Shown here piece after piece: positions 9,194 to 22,100 of a DNA stretch of 64,000 nt. Numbering within the stretch: the stretch's first letter is position 1; each line of letters begins with the position of its first letter. The stretch lies in the IMG/VR virus record IMGVR_UViG_3300033068_001067, positions 2,312 through 66,311 of that record. One strand, given 5' to 3'. The translations under genes and the position numbers were made by a program. The notes below the pieces were generated by a model. It was given only the letters and a program-made list of their open reading frames with translations, was not told the origin of the DNA and ran no database searches. Origin of the DNA: a virus (taxonomy: Duplodnaviria; Caudoviricetes).

Positions 9194-9964
9194 ATGGTTT
9201 ACAGTAGCCTAGATAGCATAGTTAGAAAGATATTACTAAAGCAGCGTAAAAGTTTGCATTGGTATATTGACTACATAGTAGCAGCCGCAGAGGTGCTAAA
9301 AGAACTAACTATTGACGACCTTTTGGTTATTAATACCAAACTAATAGCTACCAATTCTTACAATGCAATAGAACTACCCGATGATTATTTGGACTTTTGC
9401 AAGGTGGGAGTGCAAGTGGGGCAAATGGTAAAACCCTTAGTGCCAACAGACAAAATAAACCGACTTATAAAAAGAGATAGCAGTTTCAACCCAATTAAAT
9501 ATACCGATAGTGGCGACCAATCGGATGAAACACTTTATTACGGTATAGTTGCACCTTTCTACTACAATACAATTACCTACAATGAATACGGAGAAAATAC
9601 AGGTAGGTTATTTGGTTATGGTGCAGGGGTTGAAAATGATACATTTAAAGTAGTAAAAGAAAGAGGGCAAATACAGATTAACGAAAACTTAGTTACCGAT
9701 TTTGTTCTATTGGAATACATTTCAGATGGGCAAAGTGTAGATGCGGCAACCAAAATAGATGCTAATGCAGAAAGCACAATAACCGCATACATTGAGTGGC
9801 AAGCAAAAGAAAATTCAAGAACTTTTGGAGATGGGGAAAAAGAAAGAGCAAGACTACTTTACATAGGTCAAAGAAAGATTTTGAGAGCAAGGTTAAGTGA
9901 TGTAACTATCCCTAAATTAAAAAGAATAGTGCAACGTAATACTATTGGCGCACCAAAAAATTAA
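9194..9964 (+). CDS. virion structural protein, tail ring-like
   Basis: AIELPDDYLDF pattern; size and position. Confidence 0.5.
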   Translation: MVYSSLDSIVRKILLKQRKSLHWYIDYIVAAAEVLKELTIDDLLVINTKLIATNSYNAIELPDDYLDFCKVGVQVGQMVKPLVPTDKINRLIKRDSSFNPIKYTDSGDQSDETLYYGIVAPFYYNTITYNEYGENTGRLFGYGAGVENDTFKVVKERGQIQINENLVTDFVLLEYISDGQSVDAATKIDANAESTITAYIEWQAKENSRTFGDGEKERARLLYIGQRKILRARLSDVTIPKLKRIVQRNTIGAPKN

Positions 9965-9970
9965 TGCGAA

Positions 9971-12900
9971 GTGATTAATCAAAAAAAGATTTTTACAGGT
10001 GGTATGAACGGGGATGATTCACCAAAATTAGTTGGTGAAAATGAAACACTTAACGTAATGAACGCAAGGGTTTCAGTAAGTGAGTTTGGTAGAGATGGTA
10101 GGATAGAAAATGTACCCGGCACAACGCTAATTAATCAATCGGTATTCCCCCCTTATGGTACAAACCAAACAATAGGTAGTGCAGTAGATTATGCAAGAAA
10201 TAGGATTATTTACTTCCATTCAAATACAGTAGATGATAGTGGTATTTACTGCTTTGATATTGATAGTGGTATAACATACGCTGTACTTTATGATAGCCAA
10301 GTTATAGGGGGATTAGGTTTTGATAGAGACTTTAGAATTGATAGAAATGCAAGGGTTGTAGGTGACTTATTATATTGGTTAGATGAAGATAATCAGCCAA
10401 GAAGAATGAATATTGAAGCAGGTATTAAAATGAACCATGCTTCTTATGTTACAGATGTAGAGCCATACGATTACCCAATGGATTTTGAAGTCATTACGTT
10501 AATAAGAAAGCCCCCCGTATATCCATTAACCTATGAAAAACAAACAAACGTATCTGTAAATAGCAATCTTATTAAGAACAATGCGTTTAGATTTTGCTAT
10601 TATTTTTATTACAGAGATGGGGAAATTTCTACACTAAGCCCCCAAAGTTTGATTGCACCTTTTAATACAGTTGATGAAACCTTTAATCAAATAGAAATTA
10701 CAGTACCATTAGCAGAACTTATATCACAAGATGTTCAAAGTGTAAATTTAGTTGTATTGTATGCTAATGGAGAAAAGGCATTTACTGTAAAAACATGGGA
10801 TAAAAATAATGCTACTGATTTAGCTGAAATTAATGCTCACAATGCAGGGACAACTGCACTTAGTTTTTTATTTACAAATGATAGCGTTGGGGAAGCGTTG
10901 TCGGATGCGTATAGGGTAAAGCCATTTGATACAATCCCATTAACATCTAAAACATTAGAATACGCACAAAACAGGTTGTTTTTAGGCAATAATTTATTGG
11001 GGTATGATACCCCAACGATTAGTAGTTTGCAATTAACTGTACTTTCTGACACATCTGGCGGTAGTGGTACTGGTGCTTTTGTAAGTTTTTATGCTGATTA
11101 TTATTTATCAATTGATGGTGCGCCACAAACAGGACCGTTCACAAGTGGCAATTATACTGTTGTAGAATTAACATCTCCTGTTGTTGTTGGGTCAACAATA
11201 TATGCGGCAGGGTATTATTTTTTACTTCCCGTTCCTGACCCGCTACCGGCAAGTATTGACATTTCAACCTATATCTATATAGGTGCTGATGACGCATCTC
11301 TTTTGGCGTGGGTGGCGACATATGAATTATCTCCAATAAATGGGTATAATCCTAGTACTAAAAATGATACAGGTATAATTAATAGGTTTGGGAATACATC
11401 TGTTGCCATAACAGGTTCAGAAGTTATTTTATCTACGGTTTTAAAGTCAGATGCTGCTTATGAGGTAAGTATAGTTTTTTATGATGAATTTTTAAGAAGT
11501 TGTGGGGTAATTAAATTAAACAACAAAGTAACAACCCCCGATAGGGATTACGATACTGCTACATTTGATTATGCAATTCAATGGTCGCTAAGTAATTTTA
11601 ATGCTGTAAACGAAATACCCGATTGGGCTAAGTACTACTCAATAGTAGCTACAAAAAACTTTAGAACTAATTTTTTTATACAAGCAAGAGCAGGTAGTAT
11701 AGTGTATGCTACAAAAGATAGTGTAGGTGAATATGTGTTTACAAGCACAACTTACGCTTCTACTAATGCAGGTGTAGCATTAAAATTAGACAAACTAACA
11801 GGGTATGGCATAGGTTATACTTTTAGCGAAGGAGATGTTTGTAAGGTATATCTTAACGGCAGTTCAACTGTATATTCGTTATCTATTTTAGCACAAGATG
11901 GGGAGTGGATAGTGTGCGAATTAAAAAACTTAGGTAGTCTTGCGGCAGCACAAGCCTTTTTTGAAATTTATACACCTAAAATACAATCAGCAGATAGCGT
12001 TTATTACGAAATATCACAGATGTATTTAGTAGCCAATTATGGTACTGCTAGTAGGGCTTATACGACTTTATTAGGGCAAATAGTGGGGGATGTTTATTTG
12101 GTAGATAGAAACGATGGGTCGCTTTATAGAAACGAAGCCATGTCACCTAATGATACCTTGTGGCAATTTTGGTTTACAAGTTTTGGCAGACCTCAATTTA
12201 TAGACAGAATAGGGCAACAAAGAAAAACTACAAGTATAAAGTGGAGTAACACTTTCTTGCCAGGCACAATAACCAATGGATTAAGTTCCTTTGATGCTTT
12301 AGATGAAAAGATTTTGCCTATTGAAATGGGAGATTTGAACAAGTTACAATTAGCAGAAAAGGTAAGTGAAGAAGGTAAAATTATGTTGGCTATTTGCCGT
12401 CGAGAAACAGCATCGCTTTATTTAGGAGAGGTGCAATTAGTAGGTAGTAGTAGCAATGCTTTTGTAGCATCAAGCCCATCTGTAATAGGTACTATTAATA
12501 TTTTGCAAGGTAGTTTTGGTACAATAAACCCCGAAACGGTAGTAGAATATTTAGGACTTGTTTTTTGGGTGGATGCCTTAAACGGGGTGGTGGTACAATA
12601 TTCATCAAACGGATTATTCCCTGTAAGCCAATACAAACAAGCAAGGTTTTTTAAACGCTATTGCACTAACTACTTACAAGCAAACAACAACGATTTAGAC
12701 AACATAAACGGATTTCATCACATACCTGCGGGTATTGACCCGTTCCATAAAGAGTATTTAATTACCCTACCTGCATTAATTTATGAAAACTATGCAGAAG
12801 TATTACCAAGTTACGGGGGTATAGTGCCTGATTATGCTACATCAATTTTAAACAGATTTGACATTTACGATAAGTTAGGTAAAACAATGGCATTTTCATT

Positions 12901-13420
12901 CCAAGAAAACCATTGGGGTAGCAACTATGAGTTTATGCCCGAAATGATGGAATATTGCCAAAACATAATGTACGGATGGAGAAACGGTAATATGTACCAA
13001 TTTAATTCTAATACAACAAATTGGAATACGTTTTTTGGGGTTGAATATCCTGTACGAGTTTGTGTAGTAGGCAACCCACCACCAAGCGTAGTAAAAGATG
13101 TTTACGATATAGCCATTGAAGGTTCTAATGCCCCCGACTATACCGTACTTTATACCGAACTACCAAACGAACAAATATCAGACCTTATAGTAACGGATTA
13201 TACAAACCAAGAGAACATATTTTATGCAAGGTTTTTTAGAGATAGACTAAGCCCAAATGCAACAGGAACAGCAGCAGAAAGGCTATACAAAGGAGATGTT
13301 TTAAAGTCTATAACCCCTTACATAATGATGGAATTTCAGCAATACGATGGGCTTATATTTATTGATTTTGTGGATATAGGATATGCGTATAGTAGGGGGC
13401 AACTAAAAATTGCTGAATAA
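9971..13420 (+). CDS. tail stabilization/muzzle (nozzle) protein, P22 gp10/crAss muzzle-like
   Basis: 1149 aa, beta-rich; FTGGMNGDDS...LNVMNAR start and QNRLFLGN motif; follows the rings. Confidence 0.7.
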   Translation: MINQKKIFTGGMNGDDSPKLVGENETLNVMNARVSVSEFGRDGRIENVPGTTLINQSVFPPYGTNQTIGSAVDYARNRIIYFHSNTVDDSGIYCFDIDSGITYAVLYDSQVIGGLGFDRDFRIDRNARVVGDLLYWLDEDNQPRRMNIEAGIKMNHASYVTDVEPYDYPMDFEVITLIRKPPVYPLTYEKQTNVSVNSNLIKNNAFRFCYYFYYRDGEISTLSPQSLIAPFNTVDETFNQIEITVPLAELISQDVQSVNLVVLYANGEKAFTVKTWDKNNATDLAEINAHNAGTTALSFLFTNDSVGEALSDAYRVKPFDTIPLTSKTLEYAQNRLFLGNNLLGYDTPTISSLQLTVLSDTSGGSGTGAFVSFYADYYLSIDGAPQTGPFTSGNYTVVELTSPVVVGSTIYAAGYYFLLPVPDPLPASIDISTYIYIGADDASLLAWVATYELSPINGYNPSTKNDTGIINRFGNTSVAITGSEVILSTVLKSDAAYEVSIVFYDEFLRSCGVIKLNNKVTTPDRDYDTATFDYAIQWSLSNFNAVNEIPDWAKYYSIVATKNFRTNFFIQARAGSIVYATKDSVGEYVFTSTTYASTNAGVALKLDKLTGYGIGYTFSEGDVCKVYLNGSSTVYSLSILAQDGEWIVCELKNLGSLAAAQAFFEIYTPKIQSADSVYYEISQMYLVANYGTASRAYTTLLGQIVGDVYLVDRNDGSLYRNEAMSPNDTLWQFWFTSFGRPQFIDRIGQQRKTTSIKWSNTFLPGTITNGLSSFDALDEKILPIEMGDLNKLQLAEKVSEEGKIMLAICRRETASLYLGEVQLVGSSSNAFVASSPSVIGTINILQGSFGTINPETVVEYLGLVFWVDALNGVVVQYSSNGLFPVSQYKQARFFKRYCTNYLQANNNDLDNINGFHHIPAGIDPFHKEYLITLPALIYENYAEVLPSYGGIVPDYATSILNRFDIYDKLGKTMAFSFQENHWGSNYEFMPEMMEYCQNIMYGWRNGNMYQFNSNTTNWNTFFGVEYPVRVCVVGNPPPSVVKDVYDIAIEGSNAPDYTVLYTELPNEQISDLIVTDYTNQENIFYARFFRDRLSPNATGTAAERLYKGDVLKSITPYIMMEFQQYDGLIFIDFVDIGYAYSRGQLKIAE

Positions 13421-13445
13421 ATGTGAAACGTGGAATATTATTGTT

Positions 13446-13453
13446 TATTTTTG
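13446..13453 (+). promoter_or_regulatory. Bacteroidota-type -7 box (TATTTTTG)
   Basis: TAnnTTTG match upstream of the ejection-protein block. Confidence 0.35.
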
Positions 13454-13472
13454 ATACATAAAATTTAGAACT

Positions 13473-14273
13473 ATGCCACTACCAGCAGCAATAGGTTTAG
13501 GATTGGGTGCAGCAGCACAAATAGGCAAATTCTTTTCGGGGGTAAAACAAAACAAACTTGCGAATAAGATTAACCCTATTTACAAACCCTATGAAAAATC
13601 AATCTATGCCGATAAGCAATTAGGCATAGCCAATCAATTGTTTAATGGTAGAATGGCGGGGGCTGCAAACCAAGAACGAAACATTGCTACAAGCCAAGCA
13701 AATGCCACAAGCAACGTAAATAGAAATGCTACTGATGCAAGCCAAGCCTTAGCTTTAAATGCAGGGGTTCAAGGGCAAACCAATGATGCTTTTGCGGACT
13801 TACAAATGAGAGAATCACAGAACAAGTATGCTATGTTGGATAACCTTAATAGGGCTTATGGTGTAAACATAAATGAAGGTGATAAGGTTTACCAAGACCA
13901 AATGAATAAGTATCAGTTGGATATGCAAGCCAAAAACCAACTAAGAGATGCAGCCATGAAAAACAAATATAGCGCTATTGAAGGATTAGGCGGTTTAGCT
14001 GTTGAATCAGATAGGTTAGGCATTTTTAAGAAAAAGCCTACAACGGATAGTGTACAAGGTCAATCATTCACACCTAATTTTCAAACAATGCCAATGAGTA
14101 ATGCACCTTTGCTTTATCCAATTGGTAGCACACAACAAATGGCAGCCCCACAACCTTATCAACCTAATGTACCCTTGAACCCACAACAAGCGGCACAAAA
14201 TCCTTACGGTCAAGGTATGTATCCAATATTAGGCAATCAAGCTATTAACCCATTCACAGGCAGACCTTACTAA
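13473..14273 (+). CDS. putative ejected/cargo virion protein
   Basis: Gly/Ala hydrophobic N-terminus (AAIGLGLGAAAQ), Q/N/A-rich coiled region; follows the muzzle. Confidence 0.6.
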   Translation: MPLPAAIGLGLGAAAQIGKFFSGVKQNKLANKINPIYKPYEKSIYADKQLGIANQLFNGRMAGAANQERNIATSQANATSNVNRNATDASQALALNAGVQGQTNDAFADLQMRESQNKYAMLDNLNRAYGVNINEGDKVYQDQMNKYQLDMQAKNQLRDAAMKNKYSAIEGLGGLAVESDRLGIFKKKPTTDSVQGQSFTPNFQTMPMSNAPLLYPIGSTQQMAAPQPYQPNVPLNPQQAAQNPYGQGMYPILGNQAINPFTGRPY

Positions 14274-14288
14274 AAATTAAGATATACA

Positions 14289-16103
14289 ATGGCAACACCT
14301 TATTATGGCGATTATGGAGTAGTACTACCTAATAGTAGTGTTTCTTTGGGGGCATCCTTAGAAGGTGCAATAGACCAAAAAGAAAGACAGCAAGTAAGGG
14401 CTGATATAGCAGCAAAAGAAAAAAAAGCACAGGATGATGAAAACCTTGCTTTCATTAATACATTAGGGCTTGAAGATATTGGTAACAATACAGTAGATGT
14501 ATTAACCAACAATGAATTAGCCAAAGTAAGAAATCAATTACTTGAAAAGGCTACAAAAGGGGCTAGTGAAGTAGAATTAAAGTATGAAGCCCAAAAGTTA
14601 ATGCAGCCATTGATAGTAGGGCATACAGCCGCAAAAAATAAATTTAAACAACTTAATTCCAACATAGCAGAATTAGGCAAAACATATACAGGTGCTAACT
14701 TAGCAAAAGCAAGAGAAATAGCAACCGTTAATTTTCTAAAAGATTACATTGATATTGACCCAACAACCAATGCCCCCAAAGGGTTTAAAGACCCAACAGT
14801 AATACCCGATAAAGACTATACAAGTGAGTTGCTAACTTTTGATAACTTACCTAAATGGAATACTGAAACAGGGGCTTTGGGTTCTTACCTAAAAGGTTTA
14901 GGTAAAGCAAAACAAGGTGGTGATTTTTCATACACCGATAAAAGCGGTGGTGTAAACAAGTACGGTTTTGATGCAGAAGTTAGTCAATTTAGAGAACTAA
15001 CAACCGACCCCGAAACAGGCAGAGTAACGGGCATGAAGTTGAAGGAAGAAAACTTAGGTGGGCTAAAACTTTTGCCACAACAAGAATTTAATACAATGAT
15101 TGCAGACCCTAAAGCGAGGGCTGCTTTTGCCGTTCAATGGTCGCAAGAAAAAAACAGGTTACAGCAACAAGGTACTGAAATAACACCCGACATTGAAGGT
15201 ATTGCAATGCGTAAATTTGCCTATGACTTATTAGATAGAAGTGGTGGGGCTTTAGAAGAAACTTATTTTAAACCAAGAGAAATACAAAAAGCAGCCCCCG
15301 CCCCAAGAATAAATGTAAGCGTAAACACAGGCGACAGAGAGAAAAGCGTAGCAGCAATTACGAACCCCGATAGTTACGCTACTCTTTTAAGAAACCCATT
15401 AGGCAAAGTGCCAAATACAAACGTGTTAGGTATTAACGAAGCCTTTAGGGTAGCTAATGCAATAAATGCAGCAAATAAAGACTTACAAATTAAGCCTTTG
15501 TATTTGTTTGGGGTTGACACAAATGCGTTATCTGAATCTGAAAAAGCGGAGTATAAAAAAGTTGACCCTAAGATTGCACAAAACTTCAAAGAATTTGTAA
15601 CCATAATGGGCAACAAGTTTAACCTATCAGCATTTAAGGCTGCACCAAACGTAGCAGATAAAGCCCAAATATTAGCTAATGCTATTAACGCTTACAATAA
15701 AGAAAAGAATATTAACGAAGAACCATTTACAGCAGATGATTTAAGAAATGGCGCACCGTTATTGGTAACTGAAAAGGTTGAAGAAGCAGACCCTAAAACG
15801 GGGGCTATTACACCAAAGAAAATAACTAAGATTTTAAAACCGAACAGCGATAACTATAACAACACAATAGATGCAGGTGTAGTTAGTTATCAAAAGATGG
15901 CTAAAGATGCTAAATTACCAAGCACCAACTTTAATTTGAATGAAGTTATTGCAACAGCATCTCAAAGAAAAGCTAAAGGTGCAGCCCCTAAGAAAACGAG
16001 TAGTACATTTACGATTGAAATAGATGGCGCACAATACGAAGCAACCCAAGCCCAAATAGACCAACTAAAGAAAGATAAGCAACCTTTTAAAGTACTTAAA
16101 TAA
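14289..16103 (+). CDS. putative ejected/cargo virion protein (604 aa)
   Basis: Position in the cargo cluster; no catalytic motif recognised. Confidence 0.5.
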   Translation: MATPYYGDYGVVLPNSSVSLGASLEGAIDQKERQQVRADIAAKEKKAQDDENLAFINTLGLEDIGNNTVDVLTNNELAKVRNQLLEKATKGASEVELKYEAQKLMQPLIVGHTAAKNKFKQLNSNIAELGKTYTGANLAKAREIATVNFLKDYIDIDPTTNAPKGFKDPTVIPDKDYTSELLTFDNLPKWNTETGALGSYLKGLGKAKQGGDFSYTDKSGGVNKYGFDAEVSQFRELTTDPETGRVTGMKLKEENLGGLKLLPQQEFNTMIADPKARAAFAVQWSQEKNRLQQQGTEITPDIEGIAMRKFAYDLLDRSGGALEETYFKPREIQKAAPAPRINVSVNTGDREKSVAAITNPDSYATLLRNPLGKVPNTNVLGINEAFRVANAINAANKDLQIKPLYLFGVDTNALSESEKAEYKKVDPKIAQNFKEFVTIMGNKFNLSAFKAAPNVADKAQILANAINAYNKEKNINEEPFTADDLRNGAPLLVTEKVEEADPKTGAITPKKITKILKPNSDNYNNTIDAGVVSYQKMAKDAKLPSTNFNLNEVIATASQRKAKGAAPKKTSSTFTIEIDGAQYEATQAQIDQLKKDKQPFKVLK

Positions 16104-19100
16104 TGCCATTCGACCCTACTAAATACGGATTGAAGCCAAAAGAAAAGCAAACTTTTGACCCTAATAAGTATGGGTTAAAGGCTGTACAATCACAACAAGA
16201 AAGCGATATTGATATTTCAGCAGCTAAAAGCGTAGCTACATCAGTAGGGCAAACAGCTAAGACTGCTCAACAAACACAATCCGCTAATGAATTTCCATTA
16301 GTGTTTTCTAATAGACCTTCTTCTGCAAGCGGCGACCCAAGAAAGAAAAGCCCATTAAGCAAAGTAGTAGTAACCCCTAAAAAAGTACCTACTAAGGCTG
16401 AATTAGCAGAAGAACAAGCAGTTAAGGAATACGATAAGAAACAGTTTATAAAAGCACAAAAAGATTTTAATGAAACTTTTGGGAATGATTACAAAAGGGG
16501 GGATATTAGAAAATTAGAAGGTGTATTAGATGAAGAAAAGGCAACAGTAAAAGAAATAGCATCTAACTTAAAAACAGAAGCTATTGATAATTTTGTAAAA
16601 GCAAACGCTAAAAAAATAGGGATTAATCAAGTTGGGGATGAAGAATATTGGAAAAACTTTTATGCCGAAAAGTTAGAAAGTGGAGAATATGAAATAGGCA
16701 GAAGCGACAATAACAAACCTACATTATATCAAACACCAACAGCATTAGAAAAAACATCAAACTTTGTAAGTAACTTTATGAAGGGGGCTTCGCTATTAGT
16801 TAGTGAACCTATAAAAGCGGTTGGTGAAATAGCAAACTATTTAGATAGAAAAACATTTTCACCCGATGCTAAAATAGAGAATGACCCACTTTATCAATTG
16901 GGGAAATGGATTGAGGAGAAGGTTGCTTCACCAATGGAAGAAAAATATCCGCAACTTAAAAACGATTTTTGGACAGCAGATGTCCCAACGGGTTTTGGTC
17001 AAATCGCTAGTATGATGCTAACCGCCCCGAAAAGCGTAGTGCAACAAGGGGTGAAATTAATGAATAATGCTGCTACAAAATCAGTATTTAGAAACGTATT
17101 AGACGAAACAGCAAAACAAACTTTTTCAGCCCCTTCTATTTTAGGTACTTTAACTATGGCTTCGGGGGAGTATGAACAAGCCCAACAAGCAGCAGTAGAA
17201 GCAAGAAAGTATAGTAAGGATGAGTATATAGCATTAAAAAGCCAAAGTGGGGCTAACCTTGATGACCTAGAAGCAGAGTACGATTATCTAGTTTCAAAAA
17301 GCCCCGAAGATATAGGGATGGAATTGTTTTTAAAGACTATTCCAAGTGGTGCTATTGAAATGGTAACGGTTTCAAGACTATTTAAAAGGCTTAATGAAAG
17401 TACAAGAGGTAGTGTAGCCCAAACAATAAACAAGTTTGGTGTAGGGGGCTTTGAAGGTGGTGTAGAAGGTTTTGTACAAGAGAGTTTACAAACAGCCTAT
17501 TCAAATGCAACAGCCCAACAAACCTATGATAGAACAAGAGATATTTTAGAAGGTGTAGTTAGAAGTGGGGAAACAGGTGGATTTGTACAGGGTTTACTTA
17601 GTGCAATGATTAATGCTTTGGGTGGTAAGATGAAAGCAGCCGTAACCCCTAACCAAAAAGCTACAATACAAAAAGCAATAGATGAAGTAACTGAAACAAT
17701 AGACAACTACGAAGAAAATGTAAATGCTTTAGAGAAGCAAGTAAATAGCCCTAACGTATCGGTTCAAATGCCTACAACCCAACAGAAAGGTGTACAAGGC
17801 GTAACCGAAATAGGCAAACCATACTACGAAAAAGATGGAGTAGTAATAACCAAAAAAGAAGCAACTGATTTAATAAACAGTAACGATACTGAAAATTTAA
17901 CTATTGCATACGACCCCAAACTACAAACTAAATTAGAACAACAAGGGGGAGTAAGCAAAGGTGCGGAAAAGAAAACAGGGGCAAAGGTTATACTACCAAC
18001 TGCTATGCCCCCAAACCAAGTAGTAACAGTAGGTGAACCAAAACCCACAACCAATGCCCAAACCCAAGAAGAAGCCAACAAGCCTATCATCCAAACAAAT
18101 GAAGGAGGTACAGTCGTTGATGAATCTGTCGCCCCAAAAGAAGTTAGCCCTGCAAAAGAAGTCGTTGGAGAAACTGTACAACCAACAGAACAAGAAGTAA
18201 CTACACCTACTGTAAGTGGGGAAGGGGGTGGTGACATTAAAAGTGGCTTAAAAAGTACAGAAGGCAGCACATCAGAACAAAAAAGTTCTGATATTGGTGG
18301 GATGAAAGAAGTTGCTCTTAAAAAAATAGCCGATTTAGAGGATATAGCTGTGAAAACGCAAAGCGATTATTACAAAGAAAAAATTGCAGAAGAAAAAGAG
18401 CAATACTCTCAAAAGAAAAAATTTAATCAACCAGATAAATTAGAAGTCGGAGATGTAATTACAGATTATAATAATGGTCGTGGATTCGAGAATAGGGTTA
18501 TAAGAAAAGTAACTAAAAATAGTGATGGTTCTTATTCCGTAGTATGGCAGACTATTGGGAGAAATGCCACATACCAAACCGATTTTAATCAAAAAACAAT
18601 AGGGACAAGAACTATATGGTCAATGGGCGATACTAAAGCGTATAAAGAAACGCTACCCGAAATACCTTTAAATAAAAGAAAGGGATTTATAAAAGACCCA
18701 TTTGTAGAACAACCCAAATCAGAAACCCCAACCCCTACCCGACCTACTGTAAGTGGGGAAAGGAGTAGAGTAATAGCAAAACTAAAAAGCGATGGCTACG
18801 ATATAGGAGATGGGATTAAAATTAAGAGTGAAGGAGGTAACGATGGTGCGACAACAGTAACTCAATTCAGTTTTGAAAAAGACGGTAAAAAAATCGGGTA
18901 TTTACGAACAGTAGATGCAAAAAGGTTTTATAAAGATAGCAATAATTTCCCTTCTAATTATGATTATTATGTAGTAGATGATGGGATTAGAAATGCAGGT
19001 GTTGAAATATATGATGAAACTCTTAGAAAACAAGGTATCGGGACTAAGATGTATGAATCCGCACAAGAGTACTTACAAAAACAAAATCAAAATGCAAGGT

Positions 19101-22100
19101 TAATTTCATCAAGTCAGTATGGGCAAACAGAAGCATCTTATAAGTTATGGAAAAAGTTATATAGAGAAGGTAAGGCTGAAATAATTTACAAAGAACCCGA
19201 AAGTGGTAATCTAAAATACGGAGAAGATATAGGTAGAGATTATGGTCGTGGAGGTGGTGAACCAAATGGCGTTATATATGATGGTAATGTATATGCCCTA
19301 AAGCAAAAACAACAACCCAAATCACAAACCCCAACCCCTACACAAGAAAGCACTACAACAGTAGGGTTAAGCGAATATGAAAAAAGTGGTTCTAAAATAT
19401 TAAAAAATAATGGGGTAGATGGACTATCAGATTGGTTGGCTAATCAGCCTTTATTGGGTGGGTTTAATCAGATTAGGGGTATTGCCAATAAAGCAGGTAT
19501 TAAGTTCCCCCAAACTGAAAAAGATTTCGATATAGAAGTAAAGAAAGTTGGCGGGGTAGATGTGTATATGAAGCAATTGAAATTTTCTGATTTTTATAAT
19601 TATTTTATTGGCATATCAGATTATAGCCCAAGAGAATTTTATGAAAAAAAGAACACACAAATAGATACTGAAATATCAAAAATAAACGAGTGGAAGGATA
19701 ACCCACAAAAACATATTGATTTTGTATCTAAGCGAACAGGGTACAAAAAAGTAACCGAATCAAATAAAAATAAAATAGGCAATAGAGATTATTCTGATAA
19801 GATAGGTCAATACTATTTTAGCACAGGGGCATCTATCCAATTTAAAACAGCAAATGATTTAGTAAATGATTTTGTAAATAAAAGAGTTTCTGAATTACAG
19901 AAAACAAAAAAATCAGAAGATTTTATTAAATCAGAAGAATCAAAAGTTTCTAAAATAAAAGCCGAATTAAAAAGCGAAAGCACTACAACAGTAGATAAGG
20001 GGGGAGATAAAGTAGAACCCACAACAGAAACAACAAGTAGTGAGAAGATTGAACCAACAACTCAATCTAAAGAAGATACAGAACAAGCAATCGAAGTAGA
20101 AGAACAAAAAGAACTATCTTTACAAAACCAAACTGAAACAGATGAATCAGACACAGTACTTAAACGACTTCTCCCAACAGAAGAACAAGGAAGAAATACA
20201 AGCGGTGAAATTAATGCACTCGCAGCAACGTTCCTTTCAAGATTGCATGAACGAATTGAAAGCATTTACGGAAAAGATAGCGCAGAGAAAAACTCAATTG
20301 CTAATGAAGAAGAAAAGTATTTAGAAGATTTTGCTAAATCTTTAGATATATGGGTAGATGATGCCGATACCAAGTTTGGTGAATTTTTCGATAAAGGGCA
20401 AGAGCAATCAGTTTATATTGATGATACAAAAGGCAATGTAACTACGGTTACTAAATTAAATGATGGGTCTTTAAGCCCTAATTGGTTGACGTTTTTGGAT
20501 AGGCTTGCTATCCATAATACCTACTTCCCATCCACAGCATATACATTAAAAGGTTTTGGTAAAACTAAAGATGGCAGTTTTGTCGCTATTGTAGACCAGC
20601 CGTATATTAAACCCAACCCAACTACCGAAGAAAATGTAGTTGCTTATATGAAAGGCAGGGGCTTTGAATTGCTTTCAAAGTATGATGATTCTTTAATAGG
20701 TACGGTAGAAGAAAAACGTAGTTTCATAAATAAAGATACAGGTGTAATAGTTGAAGATTTGCACTTGAAAAATGTATTTGAAGATGAATCGGGTAATATG
20801 TTTGTCATAGACCCGGTAATATCATTAGACACACCCGAAAAAGGGTATGGTGGTACAAGAAAATCAACCAACAAAATAACCTCAATTACATCACAATCTA
20901 AAACTAAAGAATATGGCAAAGGGCAAAAAGAAGGGCGGCAAGAACTGCTAACCCAAGAACAACCAAAAGAAAGTGGTGATAAAAAGCCACTTTCACTTTC
21001 TGAAAGAGCAAGGTCAAAAGCCAAAGAAGTAAGAGAGAAAGGTTACAATGAAGCGTTTGGGCTACCTCATGTAAAACCAAAAATAGGGGATAGGATAGCA
21101 GGTTTTGGCGGGAAGTCATTAGATGAAGCTATTGCAAAAGCAATGGAACTATTTGCTGCTGCCTTAGACGGCACACAAGAAACTATTGAAGATATTAGGG
21201 CTGCTTTAGATAAAGGTTTAGAGCCACTATTGGACTACTACAAGAAAAACACCAAACGATTTGACGAAGAAAAAGTAAGAGATAGATTTATAAAAAACAT
21301 GGTTGAAGATGAAACCATAAGAGAACAATTAAAAGAAAAACCAAAAGAAAAGACCAAAGCAGAAAAGCAAATATCTGATGCAGAACATTTAGCGATTATA
21401 TCGGGAAACGGCAAGTTAGTAAGCGAAGAAAATTCAGATAAGATATACAAACAACTTACAGCCGAAACAAGCCAAGATGTAGAACAACAAACAGTAGATG
21501 GTTATATAAACCCTGCCGATTTAAAAACAATGCAACAACAAGCCGATGAAGATACTAAGGCACTAAAAGAAAGCATTGAAAAAGCAGAAACGCAAGGTAG
21601 AGATTGGGTAGATGTATTTTTGGATTCAACAGCCGAAAACTTCGCAGCAGTAGCAAGAGGCGGTGAATTAGTGATGCCTATTAACATGGTTAGGTTTATA
21701 GGTGTATCAAACAATATTGCAGCTATTTTAAGCCAACGTAAACAACAGGCATCAAACCAAGATGAAATAGTTTCTATTGATGCTAAGAGAAAGAAATTAC
21801 ACGACTTAATTAACGAAGGTAGTAGGGGTACTTCATTAGCATTAAACGCAAGAAGAAACCTAAGAAACCTATTCGAGTTGGCTACTACGGTAGATGTAGA
21901 TTTAAAGGTTGCAGCAACAGTACTACCACCCGATATGGTAAAAAAGGTTGATAATGTGGCGAAGGCAATAAGTGAGAAAATGACAGATGCGGAACTGAAC
22001 CAAGCAACAGCCGAAACAGATACCGATACAAAACCAAAGCCAACACCTAAAAAAGCAAAGGCTAAACCAACAAAGGTGAATAAAAGGTTTAGAGATTATT

